64,000 nucleotides of DNA from an uncultured Planctomycetaceae bacterium. Lineage in GTDB: Bacteria; Planctomycetota; Planctomycetia; Planctomycetales; Planctomycetaceae. The translations under genes and the position numbers were made by a program. This document shows positions 25,881 to 37,242 of the stretch, one piece after another. The notes beneath the pieces are model-generated. The model was not told where the DNA came from and made no database searches. It saw only the letters and a program-made list of their open reading frames with translations. The first letter of the stretch is position 1; each line of letters begins with the position of its first letter. The DNA lies in NCBI GenBank assembly GCA_963813715.1, contig CAWFAK010000013.1:32001-96000 (forward strand), written 5' to 3'.

Positions 25881-27155
25881 TCAGCGCAGGCGAACCACTT
25901 CCGCGCCCGGGTAATAGTGGTGCAGGATGGCCAGCGGCCCAGAACCGGCTTCGCCCATTCCCCGGGCCCCCCACTGACACAGGCCCACGCCGTGGCCGTG
26001 CCCTCGCCCTTCCAGCACCAGGACGCCGTCGGCGATCTTGGCCTCGAACTGGTAGCTGGGGACTTTGGACGGATTGAGCTGCCGGCGCAGGTCGAAGGCC
26101 GACAGCCGATAACGCCGATTGCCGTCGCTCACCTCGAAGGTGGGCTCGCGAATGGCGTCGGTACGGCTCGTGCGTCGAATCGACGCCAGCACGCCGAACG
26201 GCTTCCCTTGCCCCCCTAAGAATCGCTGAAGCCGGCTCACCACTTCGCTTAAGGCCAGCTCCTGGGTCCAGCGAAAGAGTTCGGCGTCCTGGCACCAGGG
26301 ACAATCGACGGGGGCCAGGGCCGCACTCTCGTCGCCGAAGACGGCTGCTCCGCCGACCGTCCGCCCACCGCAGACTGCCGTGTAATAGGTACAGAACGGC
26401 TGCCCGTCGCACAGGCAGATGATGCCCGCCGTTTGGTGGGCCGCATGCCGGCTCGACTCGGACTCAGCCGCAAAACGCCGGCCGTCGCGCCCCCGATACT
26501 GATAGCCGCCGTAGTTCTGGCTCCGCGTGGAAGCGAAGACGTCAAAGAGCGGACTGGGCTGCGAGCCGCGAAGCTGATAGAGAACGTACGACCGAGCGGC
26601 AATCGCCTGCGCCTGCCGGGCCGCGTCGGGAAAAGCGGCCGGCATTTCCCCGTCGACGACGCTGGCGACGTAATCCTCCAGCCCGACGACGTTGACGATC
26701 ACAATTTTTCCGCCTCGCTGCCGCACCAGCCGCACGCGCCCGCGATATTGCCGGTCTGCCACCCAAATGCCCGGCGAGTGCTCGGGCACAACTTCCAGGG
26801 TCGTGCCCCCGACTGACTGTCGGCCAACCCGGAAGCCATTCGTCAGCGCCGAGATCGTCGCCTTGAATCCGCTCCCTTTGAGCGTGGCTGCCTGAGCGCT
26901 GTCGGCGGTCACCGTGTAGGGCCCGTCGACCGTAATCTCGACCTGGGCGACCGGGTTGTTGGTGAGTGCAACCCGCACCGCGTCGGGCAGCGGGAGACCC
27001 CGGTGCTCGGGAACGTCGGCCAACTCGCGAAACGAGCGAAGGCTTGCCGGCAGCGAGGGCGATTCAAAGAGCGAAGAGTCGCCCGCAAACCGCCAGCCGA
27101 CCACCAGTCCGGCGACGGCCAGCAGCAGGACGAAGATGATCAGCTTGCCCCTCAT
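25881..27155 (-). CDS. SpoIID/LytB domain protein (lytic transglycosylase-like)
   Basis: VNVVGLEDYVASVV.GEMP, AQAIAARSY, GRGHGHGVGLCQWGA.GM, ILHHYYPG; N-terminal TM/signal. Confidence 0.92.
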   Translation of the reverse strand: MRGKLIIFVLLLAVAGLVVGWRFAGDSSLFESPSLPASLRSFRELADVPEHRGLPLPDAVRVALTNNPVAQVEITVDGPYTVTADSAQAATLKGSGFKATISALTNGFRVGRQSVGGTTLEVVPEHSPGIWVADRQYRGRVRLVRQRGGKIVIVNVVGLEDYVASVVDGEMPAAFPDAARQAQAIAARSYVLYQLRGSQPSPLFDVFASTRSQNYGGYQYRGRDGRRFAAESESSRHAAHQTAGIICLCDGQPFCTYYTAVCGGRTVGGAAVFGDESAALAPVDCPWCQDAELFRWTQELALSEVVSRLQRFLGGQGKPFGVLASIRRTSRTDAIREPTFEVSDGNRRYRLSAFDLRRQLNPSKVPSYQFEAKIADGVLVLEGRGHGHGVGLCQWGARGMGEAGSGPLAILHHYYPGAEVVRLR

Positions 27156-27270
27156 GGGCGGGGAACCATCCTTGGATGATCAGGGGAGAGAGCGATCGGC
27201 GGACGGACGCGCGAGGATTCTCAGCTTCCTCATTCGAACTTCGTCCGTGTCTGTTCGATCGCTGTCCGGC

Positions 27271-28624
27271 TCACTCGTTCCGCAGCTTGAGGTTCATTTC
27301 AGCAAGCTTGGCGCAGGATTTCGTTGAGCGACGTGACGCCGAAGTTGCGGCTGCCCAACAGTTCGTCGGGCGTTTTTTGGATCAGGTCGCCGAGCGTCGT
27401 CAGCCCCAACCGCGACATGCACTTGCGGGCCCGCACCGACAGGTTGAGGTCCGACAGCGGCATCAGGTTCACGGCCTGTTCCTGCGGCGATAGGCTGGCC
27501 GGTGCGAAGAGCGGCTCGCGCATGCGGGGCATGCCGACGTTCTGGCCGACCCGCAACCCGTGCGCGCCCAACAATTCGCGGACTTCCCGCAGCGAAGTCT
27601 CGCCGAAGTTGCGGCCGTTGAGCAGCTCCTCCTCGGTCACCTGCGTCAGATCACCCAGCGTGAGGACGTTCATCGCTTCGAGGCAGTTGCGGCTGCGGAC
27701 CGACAGCTCGAAATCGCTGATCGGCCGGGAGAGGATCGCCTCCATCTTCGCGGCATCGCGGACGGCGTCCTCGTCGTAGTACATGTCGCTGGCCGCTTCG
27801 ATGTCTTTCAAATAGAGCCGAGCCCGTTCGTTCATCGGGTCGACTTCGAGCACGCGGCGGAAGCAGAAGGCGGCTGCCCGGTAGTTCTGTTCGTCCTCGT
27901 ACATGAGCCCGAGGTTGACCAGGGCGCCCAGGTGAATGGGCGGACGGGACAGCGCCTGCTCGTAGAGGCGGATCGCCTCGGCGTCGTTGCCGCGAGTCGC
28001 GTTCTCGAATGCCAGGCGGAACAAGGCCCGCGAGTGCCGCGGATCCATGTCGACGGCGCGCTCGAAATACTCGACGGCGCCGTAGGTATCGCCGCGATCG
28101 GCGCGGATACAGCCCATCTGGTACGAGTACTCGGCCCGGCGGGCCCCTTCATTGACCACGCTGCGGAGCATGGCTTCGGCTTCGTCCAGCTTGGCGTCGG
28201 CTCGCAGTTCGCCCGCCCGCCGCATGGTCGACTCGACCTTGTCGTAGCCGAGCTTGGCTGCCTCGGCAAAGCGAGACTCCGCTTCGGCATGGCGGTCGAG
28301 CGCCGACAGTGCGAGCCCGTGATAAAAGGCGGCGACCGCGTCACCGCTGACACCGGCGAGCGCTCGCTCAGCCTCGCGCGGATGCCCCAACAGGTAGAGC
28401 CCCACACCCAGACGGGCCAACAGGGGCTGCGGCGGCTTGCCGCCCGAGGTGGCCTCCCGCTGCAGCGCGAGAAATTCCTGGCGAACTTCGGGCAAGGTGG
28501 GCGTCGCCAGCAGACGCTCGAGCTGTCGCACGTCGTCCACGGAGTAGGGAGCGGTCTTGTGAATCAGTCCCTTGAAGTCGACCGCTTCGGCGATTTTTTC
28601 AGACGACGCGTGCAGCTGCGACAC
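27271..28624 (-). CDS. TPR-repeat protein with two C-terminal RNA polymerase alpha-CTD-like domains; one extra base near 27315 truncates the track ORF at 27299
   Basis: TPR repeats, then ISDFELSVRSRNCL..NV.TLGDL....EEELL..RNFGETSL.E and LSDLNLSVRARKCM......LGDL...TPDELLGSRNFGVTSLNEI; removing one base gives ...RAKLAEMNLKLRNE*. Confidence 0.9.
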
Positions 28625-28878
28625 GACGACTTCCCGCCGAGGATTCGAGAAATTTGCGACTTGGCGACCGGATTGCCGCCTCCCTGGAGACGCCCGCGGA
28701 GACCCGATTCAGGGTCTCCAAGGCACGAGTATAGCGACGGCGTTCCCAGTTGAAAACCGTGCGCCCCGATCCGGCGGCGCGGCCAAGTCGCGGGGTGTTA
28801 ACTCTTTTGCCTGCCGATTCAATCTCCCCGTCCCCCCGGATATACTCGGTTGCGTTGCTAATCGGTGAAGAGGCCGCG

Positions 28879-31224
28879 ATGTGCAGCGACGGCGTCCGCC
28901 CGCCCAATTCGATTTTCCTGCCAACCCTCTGCCTGCTGGTGCTTTGCTCCTCCCCGCTCGCAGTGCAGGGGGCCGAGCGGCGTGCCGCCGGGGAAGCGTT
29001 CTCGCCGGTTGATCGAGCGCATTGGTCGTTCCGGCCCATCGTGCGTCCGGCCGTCCCCCGGGTGGTAGCACCCGACACGACTTTGACGGGTGCGAAGAGC
29101 GCCGCGGCGAACGTCACCGAGACGACCCGCACGCCGCTCGATGCCTTCCTACTCGCCCGGCTTGCCGAACGCGGGCTCTCCTTTTCGCCCCCCGCTTCCC
29201 GCCGCGAGTTGATTCGCCGCGTCACGTTCGACTTGACCGGCCTGCCGCCGACTCCGGCGGAGGCGGAGGCCTTCGCCGCCGACCCGGCTCCCGATGCCTA
29301 CGCGCGACTCATCGAACGGTTCCTGGCGAGCCCGCACTACGGCGAAGCCTGGGGACGGACGTGGCTCGACCTCGTTCGCTTTGCGGAAACGGCCGGCTAC
29401 AAGGCCGATCCGTTGCGGCCCCTCGCCTGGAAATATCGCGACTTCGTCGTGCGGTCGTTCAATGCCAACGTTCGTTATGACCGATTCGTGCAAGAACAAC
29501 TGGCGGGAGACGAACTGTTTCCCGACGACGTCGACGCCCAGATCGCGACCGGCTATTTGCGGATGTGGCCTGACGAAAGCAACGCCTCGATCGTGGCCCT
29601 CGCGCGGCAGGACGCGCTCAACGACCTCACCGGCAACGTCGGCTCCGTCTTCCTCGGATTGTCGATCGGTTGTGCCCAGTGCCACGATCACAAGTTCGAT
29701 CCGATCAAGCAGCACGACTTTTACCGGCTCGAGGCGTTTTTTTCCGGCATCGTTCCGGTCGAAAAAGTGGCCGTTGGATCGCCGTCCGCGATTGTCGAGT
29801 ACCAGCGGAAGCTGGCCGCCTGGCAAGAGCGCACGCGAAGCGTTCGGGACGACCTGTTTCGCGTTGTCAGCACGGCCCGCGCGCGGGCGGCGGCCGAACG
29901 TCGCAAGCGATTTCCGCCGGAGGTGCTGGCCGCGATCGATAAACCGCTCGAAGAGCGGACGCCGCTGGAGCGGCAGCTCTTCTTTTGGTCCGACCGGCAG
30001 ATTGAGGTCAGCGAACCGCAGATCGTCGCCAAGATGAGCCCCGCCGACCGCGCGCGTCTTCCGCAGCTGCGACGGCAAGCGGCCGAACTCGAAGCCGCCC
30101 GACCCAAACCGCCACGGATGTCCGACGTGATGGCAACCGTGGAAATTCCCGGTCCGATCCCGGCGACCTTTCTCAACGCGGGTGGCAGCTACGAGAAACC
30201 GGTTCGCGAAGTGCAGCCCGGCTTCCTTTCCGTGCTCGACCGCGACCGCGAACCGGCGGCAAAGATTATTCCCCCGCGGGCCGGTGTGGACGGTCGACGG
30301 ACGGCGCTGGCCCGCTGGCTCACCGATCCGCACAATCCGCTCGTCGCGCGGGTCATCGTCAATCGAATTTGGCAGGGACATTTCGGCCGGGGCCTGGTCG
30401 ACAACGCGAACGACCTCGGCACGCAAACTCCGCCCCCCAGCCACCCGCAGCTGCTCGACTGGCTTGCGAGCGAGTTCGTCGCCCGCGGCTGGGACGTGAA
30501 GGCCATGCATCGCTTGATGCTGACGTCTGCCGCCTATTGTCAGACCAGCAATCCGCCGCAGGCCGGAAACCAGTCGTCGCTGGCAGCTCGGCTGGATCCC
30601 GATAACCGGCTGTACTGGCACGCCAACCGCCGTCGCCTGAAAGCGGAGGAAATTCGCGACTCGCTCCTGGCGACCTCCGGTCGACTCAATGAAAAGATGT
30701 GCGGGCCTGGTATTCGCCCGCCGCTGCCGGCCGCCTTGCGTCAGGAATCTTGGAAAGTGACGGCCAAGCCCGTGGAACGGGACCGGCGTTCGGTCTATCT
30801 CTTCGCCAAGCGCAACCTGCCCTTTCCGCTGCTGAAAGACTTCGACCTCCCCGACATGCACGAAAGCTGTGCGCGACGCACGGCGACGATCATCGCGCCG
30901 CAGGCGCTCGCGCTGTTTAACGGCGACTTCGCCGTTGCGTGCGCGAACGCGATGGCGGAGCGCCTCATTGCCGATCCGCGACTGACCGACTGGAGCGCGC
31001 GGGCCGACGCCGCGTATCGCATTGCATTCGGTCGTCCGGCCGCGGCCGACGAGCGAGCGGAGGCGATGGAATTCTTGCGCACGCAGGCCAGCCACCTGGT
31101 TTCCGCGCACGGCCTGCATGCCGATGCGGCTGCCCACCAAGAAAGTGAAACGGCCCTGCGAACCGCCTTTGCCGACTTGTGCCACACCCTCCTGAACGCG
31201 AACGAGTTTTTGTTCCTCGACTGA
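28879..31224 (+). CDS. DUF1549/DUF1553 (planctomycete PSCyt2/PSD1) protein
   Basis: HWSF.P, LIRRVTFDLTGLPPT, SPHYGE.WGR.WLD, CAQCHDHKFDPI, NPLVARVIVNRIWQ.HFGRG, PSHPQLLDWLA, EFLFLD. Confidence 0.95.
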   Translation: MCSDGVRPPNSIFLPTLCLLVLCSSPLAVQGAERRAAGEAFSPVDRAHWSFRPIVRPAVPRVVAPDTTLTGAKSAAANVTETTRTPLDAFLLARLAERGLSFSPPASRRELIRRVTFDLTGLPPTPAEAEAFAADPAPDAYARLIERFLASPHYGEAWGRTWLDLVRFAETAGYKADPLRPLAWKYRDFVVRSFNANVRYDRFVQEQLAGDELFPDDVDAQIATGYLRMWPDESNASIVALARQDALNDLTGNVGSVFLGLSIGCAQCHDHKFDPIKQHDFYRLEAFFSGIVPVEKVAVGSPSAIVEYQRKLAAWQERTRSVRDDLFRVVSTARARAAAERRKRFPPEVLAAIDKPLEERTPLERQLFFWSDRQIEVSEPQIVAKMSPADRARLPQLRRQAAELEAARPKPPRMSDVMATVEIPGPIPATFLNAGGSYEKPVREVQPGFLSVLDRDREPAAKIIPPRAGVDGRRTALARWLTDPHNPLVARVIVNRIWQGHFGRGLVDNANDLGTQTPPPSHPQLLDWLASEFVARGWDVKAMHRLMLTSAAYCQTSNPPQAGNQSSLAARLDPDNRLYWHANRRRLKAEEIRDSLLATSGRLNEKMCGPGIRPPLPAALRQESWKVTAKPVERDRRSVYLFAKRNLPFPLLKDFDLPDMHESCARRTATIIAPQALALFNGDFAVACANAMAERLIADPRLTDWSARADAAYRIAFGRPAAADERAEAMEFLRTQASHLVSAHGLHADAAAHQESETALRTAFADLCHTLLNANEFLFLD

Positions 31225-31259
31225 AATCCCGCCGTTCCCTCCGCCTGCGGACACTCGCC

Positions 31260-32692
31260 ATGCAACATTTCGAGCAAGCCGGCAGCCGCCGCGATTTTCT
31301 CTGCCGCGCCGGCGGTGGCTTCGGCGCCATCGCCTTGCAGGGCCTTCTGGCGCAGGAGGGCTTGCTGCCGTCTCAACAGGCGGCGGCCGCACCGGGTGCG
31401 AACTCGAGCGCCAAAGGAGGCACCTATCCCGTCCGTGCCAAGAACGTGATCTTTCTGTTCATGGACGGCGGGCCGAGTCATATCGACACGTTCGATCATA
31501 AGCCGCTGGTCAACACGTACGCGGGCCACCCACTACCCAAGAGCGTCAAACGGGTCTTTACGCCGATGGCCGTAACGGAGAATCCGCTCTTGGCGTGTCG
31601 CCGTCAGTGGCGGCGGTACGGCCAGAGCGGTCGCTACGTGTCGGACTGGTATCCGCGCGTCGGCGAGCACATCGACGACATCTGCCAGATCCACTCCTGC
31701 ACCAGCGACGGCATCAATCACGTCGGCAGCGTCTGCATGATGAATACGGGCAGCGTGCTCGCCGGTCGCCCGAGTCTGGGCACTGGGTGAATTACGGCTT
31801 GGGGACGCAGAATCAAAACCTGCCCGGTTTCGTGGTCCTGTTGGATAACGACCACGAGCCGCCGGGGGGCAGCCGGGTTTGGGGCACGGGCTTCATGCCG
31901 GCGACGTTCCAGGGAACGCAATTCCTCAATGGCCGCGAGCCCATCCTAAACCTGCACTCGGCCGCCCGCATCGGTGACGAGCGGCAGCGCGGCAAGCTCG
32001 ACTATTTGCGAAAGCTCAACCAGCGGCACCTGGCGACGCGAAGCGGAGACGATCAGCTCGAAGCGCGAATCGCCTCGTACGAGCTGGCCTTCCGCATGCA
32101 ATCGCACGCGCCCGAGGCCGTCGACCTGACACGGGAGACGGCCGCGACGCAGCAGGCCTACGGCCTCGACGATCCGGCCACCGCCGCCTTCGGCCGCAAT
32201 TGTCTCATGGCCCGCCGCCTGGTCGAGCGGGGCGTGCGCTTCGTGCAGCTTTACTCCGGCTCCGGCAGCCGCTGGGACGCGCACAGCCACATCGAACAGA
32301 ATCACAGCAGCCTGTGCCGACAAACGGACCGTCCGATCGCCGCCCTCTTGGCCGATCTCAAGCAGCGGGGACTGCTCAAGGACACGCTGGTCATCTGGGG
32401 CGGCGAATTCGGTCGCACGCCCATGTCGGAAAAAGGAGACGGTCGCGATCACAATCCCTACGGTTTCACGACGTGGCTGGCTGGCGGCGGCGTGAAAGGG
32501 GGCCACGTCGTCGGCGCGACCGACGATTTCGGGATGCACGCGATCGACAACCGCGTCTCGGTCCGCGATCTCCACGCCACCATCTTGGCCCTGCTGGGCC
32601 TCGACCACACCGAGCTGATCTACGTCCACCAGGGTCGCCCCGAACGGCCGACGGTGAACGAAGGCACCGTGGTCGAGGAGGTCTTTGCCTGA
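31260..32692 (+). CDS. DUF1501 protein with a Tat signal, apparent frameshift at ~31783
   Basis: SRRDFL, AKNVIFLFMDGGPSHIDTFD.KP, CLMARRLVERGVRFVQLY, WDAH, WGGEFGRTP, GRDHNP. Confidence 0.93.
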
Positions 32693-32811
32693 ACGTGCCC
32701 GCGGTCTCTTAAGGGATCGTTAGAAAACACGGCCTCCCCACGGCGGCAAAACGGCGAACAATGGATTAACGCCGCACGTCACTCGTCGCCTTGCTGTGCA
32801 GGAGTCCTGCC

Positions 32812-33654
32812 ATGTTTCGGAATTGCTCTGTTGCTCGGTCCCCGAACCGAAAGACGTCGCTCTTGTTGCTGCTTGCTGTCACGCTGTTCTGCGCTCGCGC
32901 GGCGTCGGCGGGGACTCAAGATGCGCCCGCTCCCGAAGATCGCATCAAGGCGCTCGAACACGAGCGGGACGAGCTGAAGAAACGCAACAGCCTGCTCGAG
33001 CTGCGGCTGCGGCAGTTGCAGTCGAGTATTGATCGGACGGTCACCGAGACGCTGGACACCGCCACGCTCGACCGGACGAGCGCTGGGCCGCCGGTGCCCC
33101 ATCCGCCTGGGGAACCGGCCGCTAACGGAACCCCAGTGCCGGCGGCAGTCGGTTCGTTTCCCGTGGCATCGTGGCGGTCGCTCGGGCCGTCCTACTCGCG
33201 GGCGGCCGGCTTCTTTTCGCCCCTGCAGCAGCCGCTTGACCTGGTTTCGCTGGCTGTGGCTTACCAGGACGCGCTCGGCGGACTGCGCCGGGCCCGCGCG
33301 GCAAAGGAGTTCTTGCCGAATCGCGCGAGCGACGTCGAATCGGCCGCCGAGAAGGTCCGCTTGATGCGTTCGATGACCAAAGCCATGCGGGAGGCGATGG
33401 CCGAGCAGGTCGATCAAATGCACAAGTTGAGCGCGGTTCACGCCATCCCCACGATGGACGTCCGTAACTTGGACGCGAAGTTGAAGATCCTCGACTTCAT
33501 CCTGGCCAGCGATCCGGAAGCCGGACCCGCAGCGACCGACTCGCCGACGGATTCGGCAAACCCAAAAAGCGGCAGCACCGCGCCCTCCGGTGGCCATGCA
33601 GTCAGCGGCAAAGCTTCTGGCGACGCTCAAGCCCCGCCGGCAAAAGCCGAATAG
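32812..33654 (+). CDS. secreted hypothetical protein with a coiled coil
   Basis: AGGAG RBS; signal LLLLLAVTLFCARAASA; coiled coil RIKALEHERDELKKRNSLLELRLRQLQ. Confidence 0.7.
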   Translation: MFRNCSVARSPNRKTSLLLLLAVTLFCARAASAGTQDAPAPEDRIKALEHERDELKKRNSLLELRLRQLQSSIDRTVTETLDTATLDRTSAGPPVPHPPGEPAANGTPVPAAVGSFPVASWRSLGPSYSRAAGFFSPLQQPLDLVSLAVAYQDALGGLRRARAAKEFLPNRASDVESAAEKVRLMRSMTKAMREAMAEQVDQMHKLSAVHAIPTMDVRNLDAKLKILDFILASDPEAGPAATDSPTDSANPKSGSTAPSGGHAVSGKASGDAQAPPAKAE

Positions 33655-33655
33655 A

Positions 33656-36251
33656 CTAATCGCGCTCGGGCGCCTTTTTCGTCCGGCGCGTCGGTTCGGC
33701 CGTCCAGGGGTCTTCGGGCCACGGGTGCTTGGGGTAGCGGGCCCGCAGGTCCTTGCGGACGCGCGGGTAGCCGTTGGCCCAGAAGCTTTCCAAATCGTCG
33801 GTGATTTGCTGCGTCCGCATATTGGGAGCCAGCAGATGCAGCACGACCGGAACCCGACCTCCGGCAACTCGCGGCGTTTGCCGGAGTCCAAAGACCTCCT
33901 GAATGCGGACGGCCAGCACCGGGGGCCGGCCCACCTCGTAAGTGAGCCCGATGTGACTGCCGCTGGGGACGGCGAGTCGCTCAGGCGCCTCGCGATCGAC
34001 TGCTTCCCGCTGCGGCCAGGTCAGCCGCCCTTTCAACGTGTCGAACCACGGTGCCTTCCGCAGCTCATCGAACGAGCGGCGGGTCTGGCACAGTTCGAGC
34101 AGCACGCCTTGGAGCTCGGCCTCGTCGAACGTCGGCAGCTTGAGTTCGGGTATCCAGCCGGCCAGGCAGCGTACGCGGGCAAGAAAGGAATTCACCTCCG
34201 CATCGTCGGTGGGAAAGACGCGGTCCCAATCACGGGCGGCGGCCTCGGCGAGCAGGCGTGCCGTTTCTTCGCCGGCCGGCGCGGGGATGTTGACTTCGTC
34301 GAGCACCAGATCGTCCCAATAGGTGCGGCGGCGGCCGACGACGCTCTTTTGCGTCGGGTGAAAGAATGCTTCGTCGCCAGTCCGCAGCCCCCGCGACGGC
34401 AGCCACGAGCGTTCAATGGCTGACGCTTGCCGCACGAGGGCCTCCGTCTGGCCGGCATCGACGTCGACGCAGACGAAGAACTCCGCGTTGCTGACGGCCG
34501 ATTGCGGGGCCATCCGGACGCCGCGGCCGCCGACCATCACGCCTTTGCCCGTGCTCGAATCACGACGCCGCGCCACCCGATCGGGGAAGGCCGCCAACAG
34601 CGCGTGCAACAGCGCCTCGGGCTGCGGCGGTGTGCTGGCGCCGCGTCGATCGCCTCCTAAATGCTCGCGGACTTCCCTCACTAGTTGGTCCCGCGCGCGG
34701 CCGATAAAGGCCGCCGCACCGGGATTGATCGGCCCGAAGGGAGTGTCGGACCGCCCGCGCGATTCGTACTCCTCGAAGGCAGCGACCCGATCGAGCACGT
34801 CCGAGCGCGAGACATAATGCGCCGTCGTTCGCGGCGTGCCACCTCGCCCGGCATCGCTTCCGGCACCCGCTCGCCCGCCGGACCGCATAAACGGATCGCG
34901 TTCGGAGAGCATGGCACCGGCGAGCGCCGCCTGAGGCAGGCAGCCCAGCCGGTCCCCTTCGACCAAGAGCCGGGCGATCCGCGGGTGAACGGGCAAACGG
35001 GCGAGAATCTGGCCGAGCGGCGTGAGGCTGCGGCCGTCGATCGCTTCCAGCCGTTCGAGCAGCCGCATGGCCGTGTCGACAGCGGGCGGTGACGGCGGCG
35101 CGAACCAGGGAAAGGCCAGCACGTCGGTCTCGCCCCAGCTCCACAGTTGCAGCACGGCCGCCGCCAGATCGACCCGCTCGATCTCGGGCAGCTCAAACGC
35201 GGGACGATGCGGATGCGTGCGTTCTTCCCACAGTCGCAGGCAGACGCCGGCGGCCGTTCGTCCCGCGCGGCCGGCACGCTGATCGGCCGACGCCCGAGAG
35301 ATCGGGCCGAGCACCAAGCGGTCGAGGCCGACCGACGGGTCAAATCGCATCTGCCGCGCCAGGCCCGAATCGACCACGGCCGTGATGCCGGGAATCGTCA
35401 GCGACGTTTCGGCGACATTCGTCGCCAGCACCAGCTTGCGACGTTCGCTCGGCATTAGCACGGCGTTCTGTTCTTCGGGCGGCAGATCGCCATACAGCGG
35501 AAACACCGCCAGATTGTGCCGGCGGGCGAGCGGCTGGACTTCGGCTGCCGCCTGGCGGATTTCGCCCACGCCGGGCAAGAAGGCCAACACATCGCCCGGA
35601 TGTGCGATCAAATACCTCTTCGATGCCAGCCGCCACGGACGCTGCTAGCGCGCGCTTGTCGCTGGCCCCCGCGTATTGGATGGCGACGGGGAACATCCGC
35701 CCGGCCGACTCGATCACCGGACAGCCGCCCAGAAACGCGGCCACCGGAGTCGCGTCGAGCGTCGCCGACATCACGACGATTCGCAATTCGGGCCGCACCG
35801 TCTGCTGAATGCGGCGGACCATGCCCAGCGCCAGATCGCTGTTGAGATTCCGCTCGTGAAACTCGTCAAAGACGACCGCGCCGACCGACTCCAACAGGGG
35901 CTCGTCATGCAGCATCCGCAGCAGGATGCCCTCCGTCACCACGGAGAGTCGCGTGCGCGCACTGACGCGCTGCTCGAACCGCACCTGGTAGCCGATCTCG
36001 TCGCCGACACTCGAGCCACGTTCGGCCGCGATTCGCCGGGCCGCGGCCCGCGCGGCCATCCGCCGGGGCTGCAAGACGAGCACGCGGCCGGACGTGGCCA
36101 GCGGCGGATCGAGCAATGCGGGGGGCACGCGGGTGGTTTTGCCGGCTCCGGGCGGTGCGCCGATCACCACGTTCGAGCCAGCGATCAGCGCGTCTCGGAT
36201 CTGCGGCAGGATCTCGTCGATCGGCAGCGGCGGGCGGCGGTCGTCGTGCAT
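33656..36251 (-). CDS. hrpB: ATP-dependent DEAH RNA helicase HrpB, apparent frameshift at ~35600
   Basis: [74 protein letters not shown]. Confidence 0.95.
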
Positions 36252-36281
36252 GGAAAACGGGCGCTCGGCGTCGCCTCGAGG

Positions 36282-36893
36282 CTAATTCTCGGGAAAGTCG
36301 ACCTGGCTCAGGGGCACCTGCGAACCGGCCAGGCGGTGTGCCTCTTCGATGCTGGCTTTGAGGTCGCCCAGCAGGATCGGACGCACGCCGCGCCGGTCGA
36401 GGACGTTGTAAACAGCCCGGTAATACCAGAGCGTGCCGTTCTTGCCCCCTTTGAAAATCTGCCAGGCGTCGTCCGCCTGGTGCTGCAGTGCCAGGATTAG
36501 CGAGCGGACGTTGTGCAATTTGTCGCAGGCGACGACGAGCAGCACCGAGGGGGGCGCCGCCAGCAGGTCGTGGATATACGTCTGCTTGCGCTCTTTCCAG
36601 GGGGGCTTGGGGATTTCGGTCGCGTCGGTGCAGCCCATCACGATGTCGGCCACGTTCGGTCCAAACCGCTCCCGGACGTCGCGGAGCCGGTCGAGCCCGC
36701 CGCAATCTTCGACCGTGTCGTGCAGCAGGGCGGCAATCGCCTCGTCTTCGTCGGCTCCGTGCTCGAGGGCCAGCGCGGCCACCCCCAGCAGATGGGCGAC
36801 GTAGGGAACGGTCGTTCCCTTGCGCAATTGGCCGGCATGGGCCAACTCGGCATACGCCAGCGCCTGGCCGAATCGCGACGGGTGATCGGTCAT
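36282..36893 (-). CDS. stand-alone HD-domain protein (SpoT-HD / Mesh1 / small alarmone hydrolase-like)
   Basis: AHAGQLRKG..VPYVAH, AALLHDTVED, V.GCTD, DKLHN. Confidence 0.88.
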   Translation of the reverse strand: MTDHPSRFGQALAYAELAHAGQLRKGTTVPYVAHLLGVAALALEHGADEDEAIAALLHDTVEDCGGLDRLRDVRERFGPNVADIVMGCTDATEIPKPPWKERKQTYIHDLLAAPPSVLLVVACDKLHNVRSLILALQHQADDAWQIFKGGKNGTLWYYRAVYNVLDRRGVRPILLGDLKASIEEAHRLAGSQVPLSQVDFPEN

Positions 36894-37242
36894 GATTGGA
36901 CGGTCATGGATTGAGTGACTCCAGAGTGATGTTCGCCTGGGAATTGTAGTCGTACCGGTCGGGCGGTGCGCGGATCCTGTGATTCGAGCTGGACGGCAGA
37001 CAAAAAGCGCAGGCCCGGTTGTCCTTTCCGATGTGCAGCCAGCGTTTGTTCCGTCCGTCGAACGGTCCGGTCAAATGTCATTTCCCCTTCGCGCGTAGAA
37101 TCTTCATAATGTGGTTGTGTGGGCAATCCGGGTTCAGGCCGACACTTCTGCCCGTGCGAGTACCTTTCCGCCGGGACTTTGGCCTGACACCGCGGAGATT
37201 GGACCTTTGACCTTGGACTCGAGACCAGGCAGCGAGGCACCG

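Noticed and set aside
27271..28624. Calling this gene rpoA
   Set aside because: No alpha N-terminal dimerisation domain and no ribosomal-protein operon context; TPRs are present instead.
28697..28720. Hairpin GGAGACCC-GATTCA-GGGTCTCC upstream of the alpha-CTD gene as a riboswitch
   Set aside because: A single 8-bp stem in GC-rich DNA with no aptamer features or U-tract.
36282..36893. HD gene as the antitoxin of a toxSAS or other defence module
   Set aside because: No synthetase, toxin or other defence gene nearby.
37196..37226. Imperfect 7-8-mer runs (TTGGACC TTTGACC TTGGACT; also GAAACCTT-like at ~6113-6136)
   Set aside because: Only about three degenerate copies; no function can be supported.
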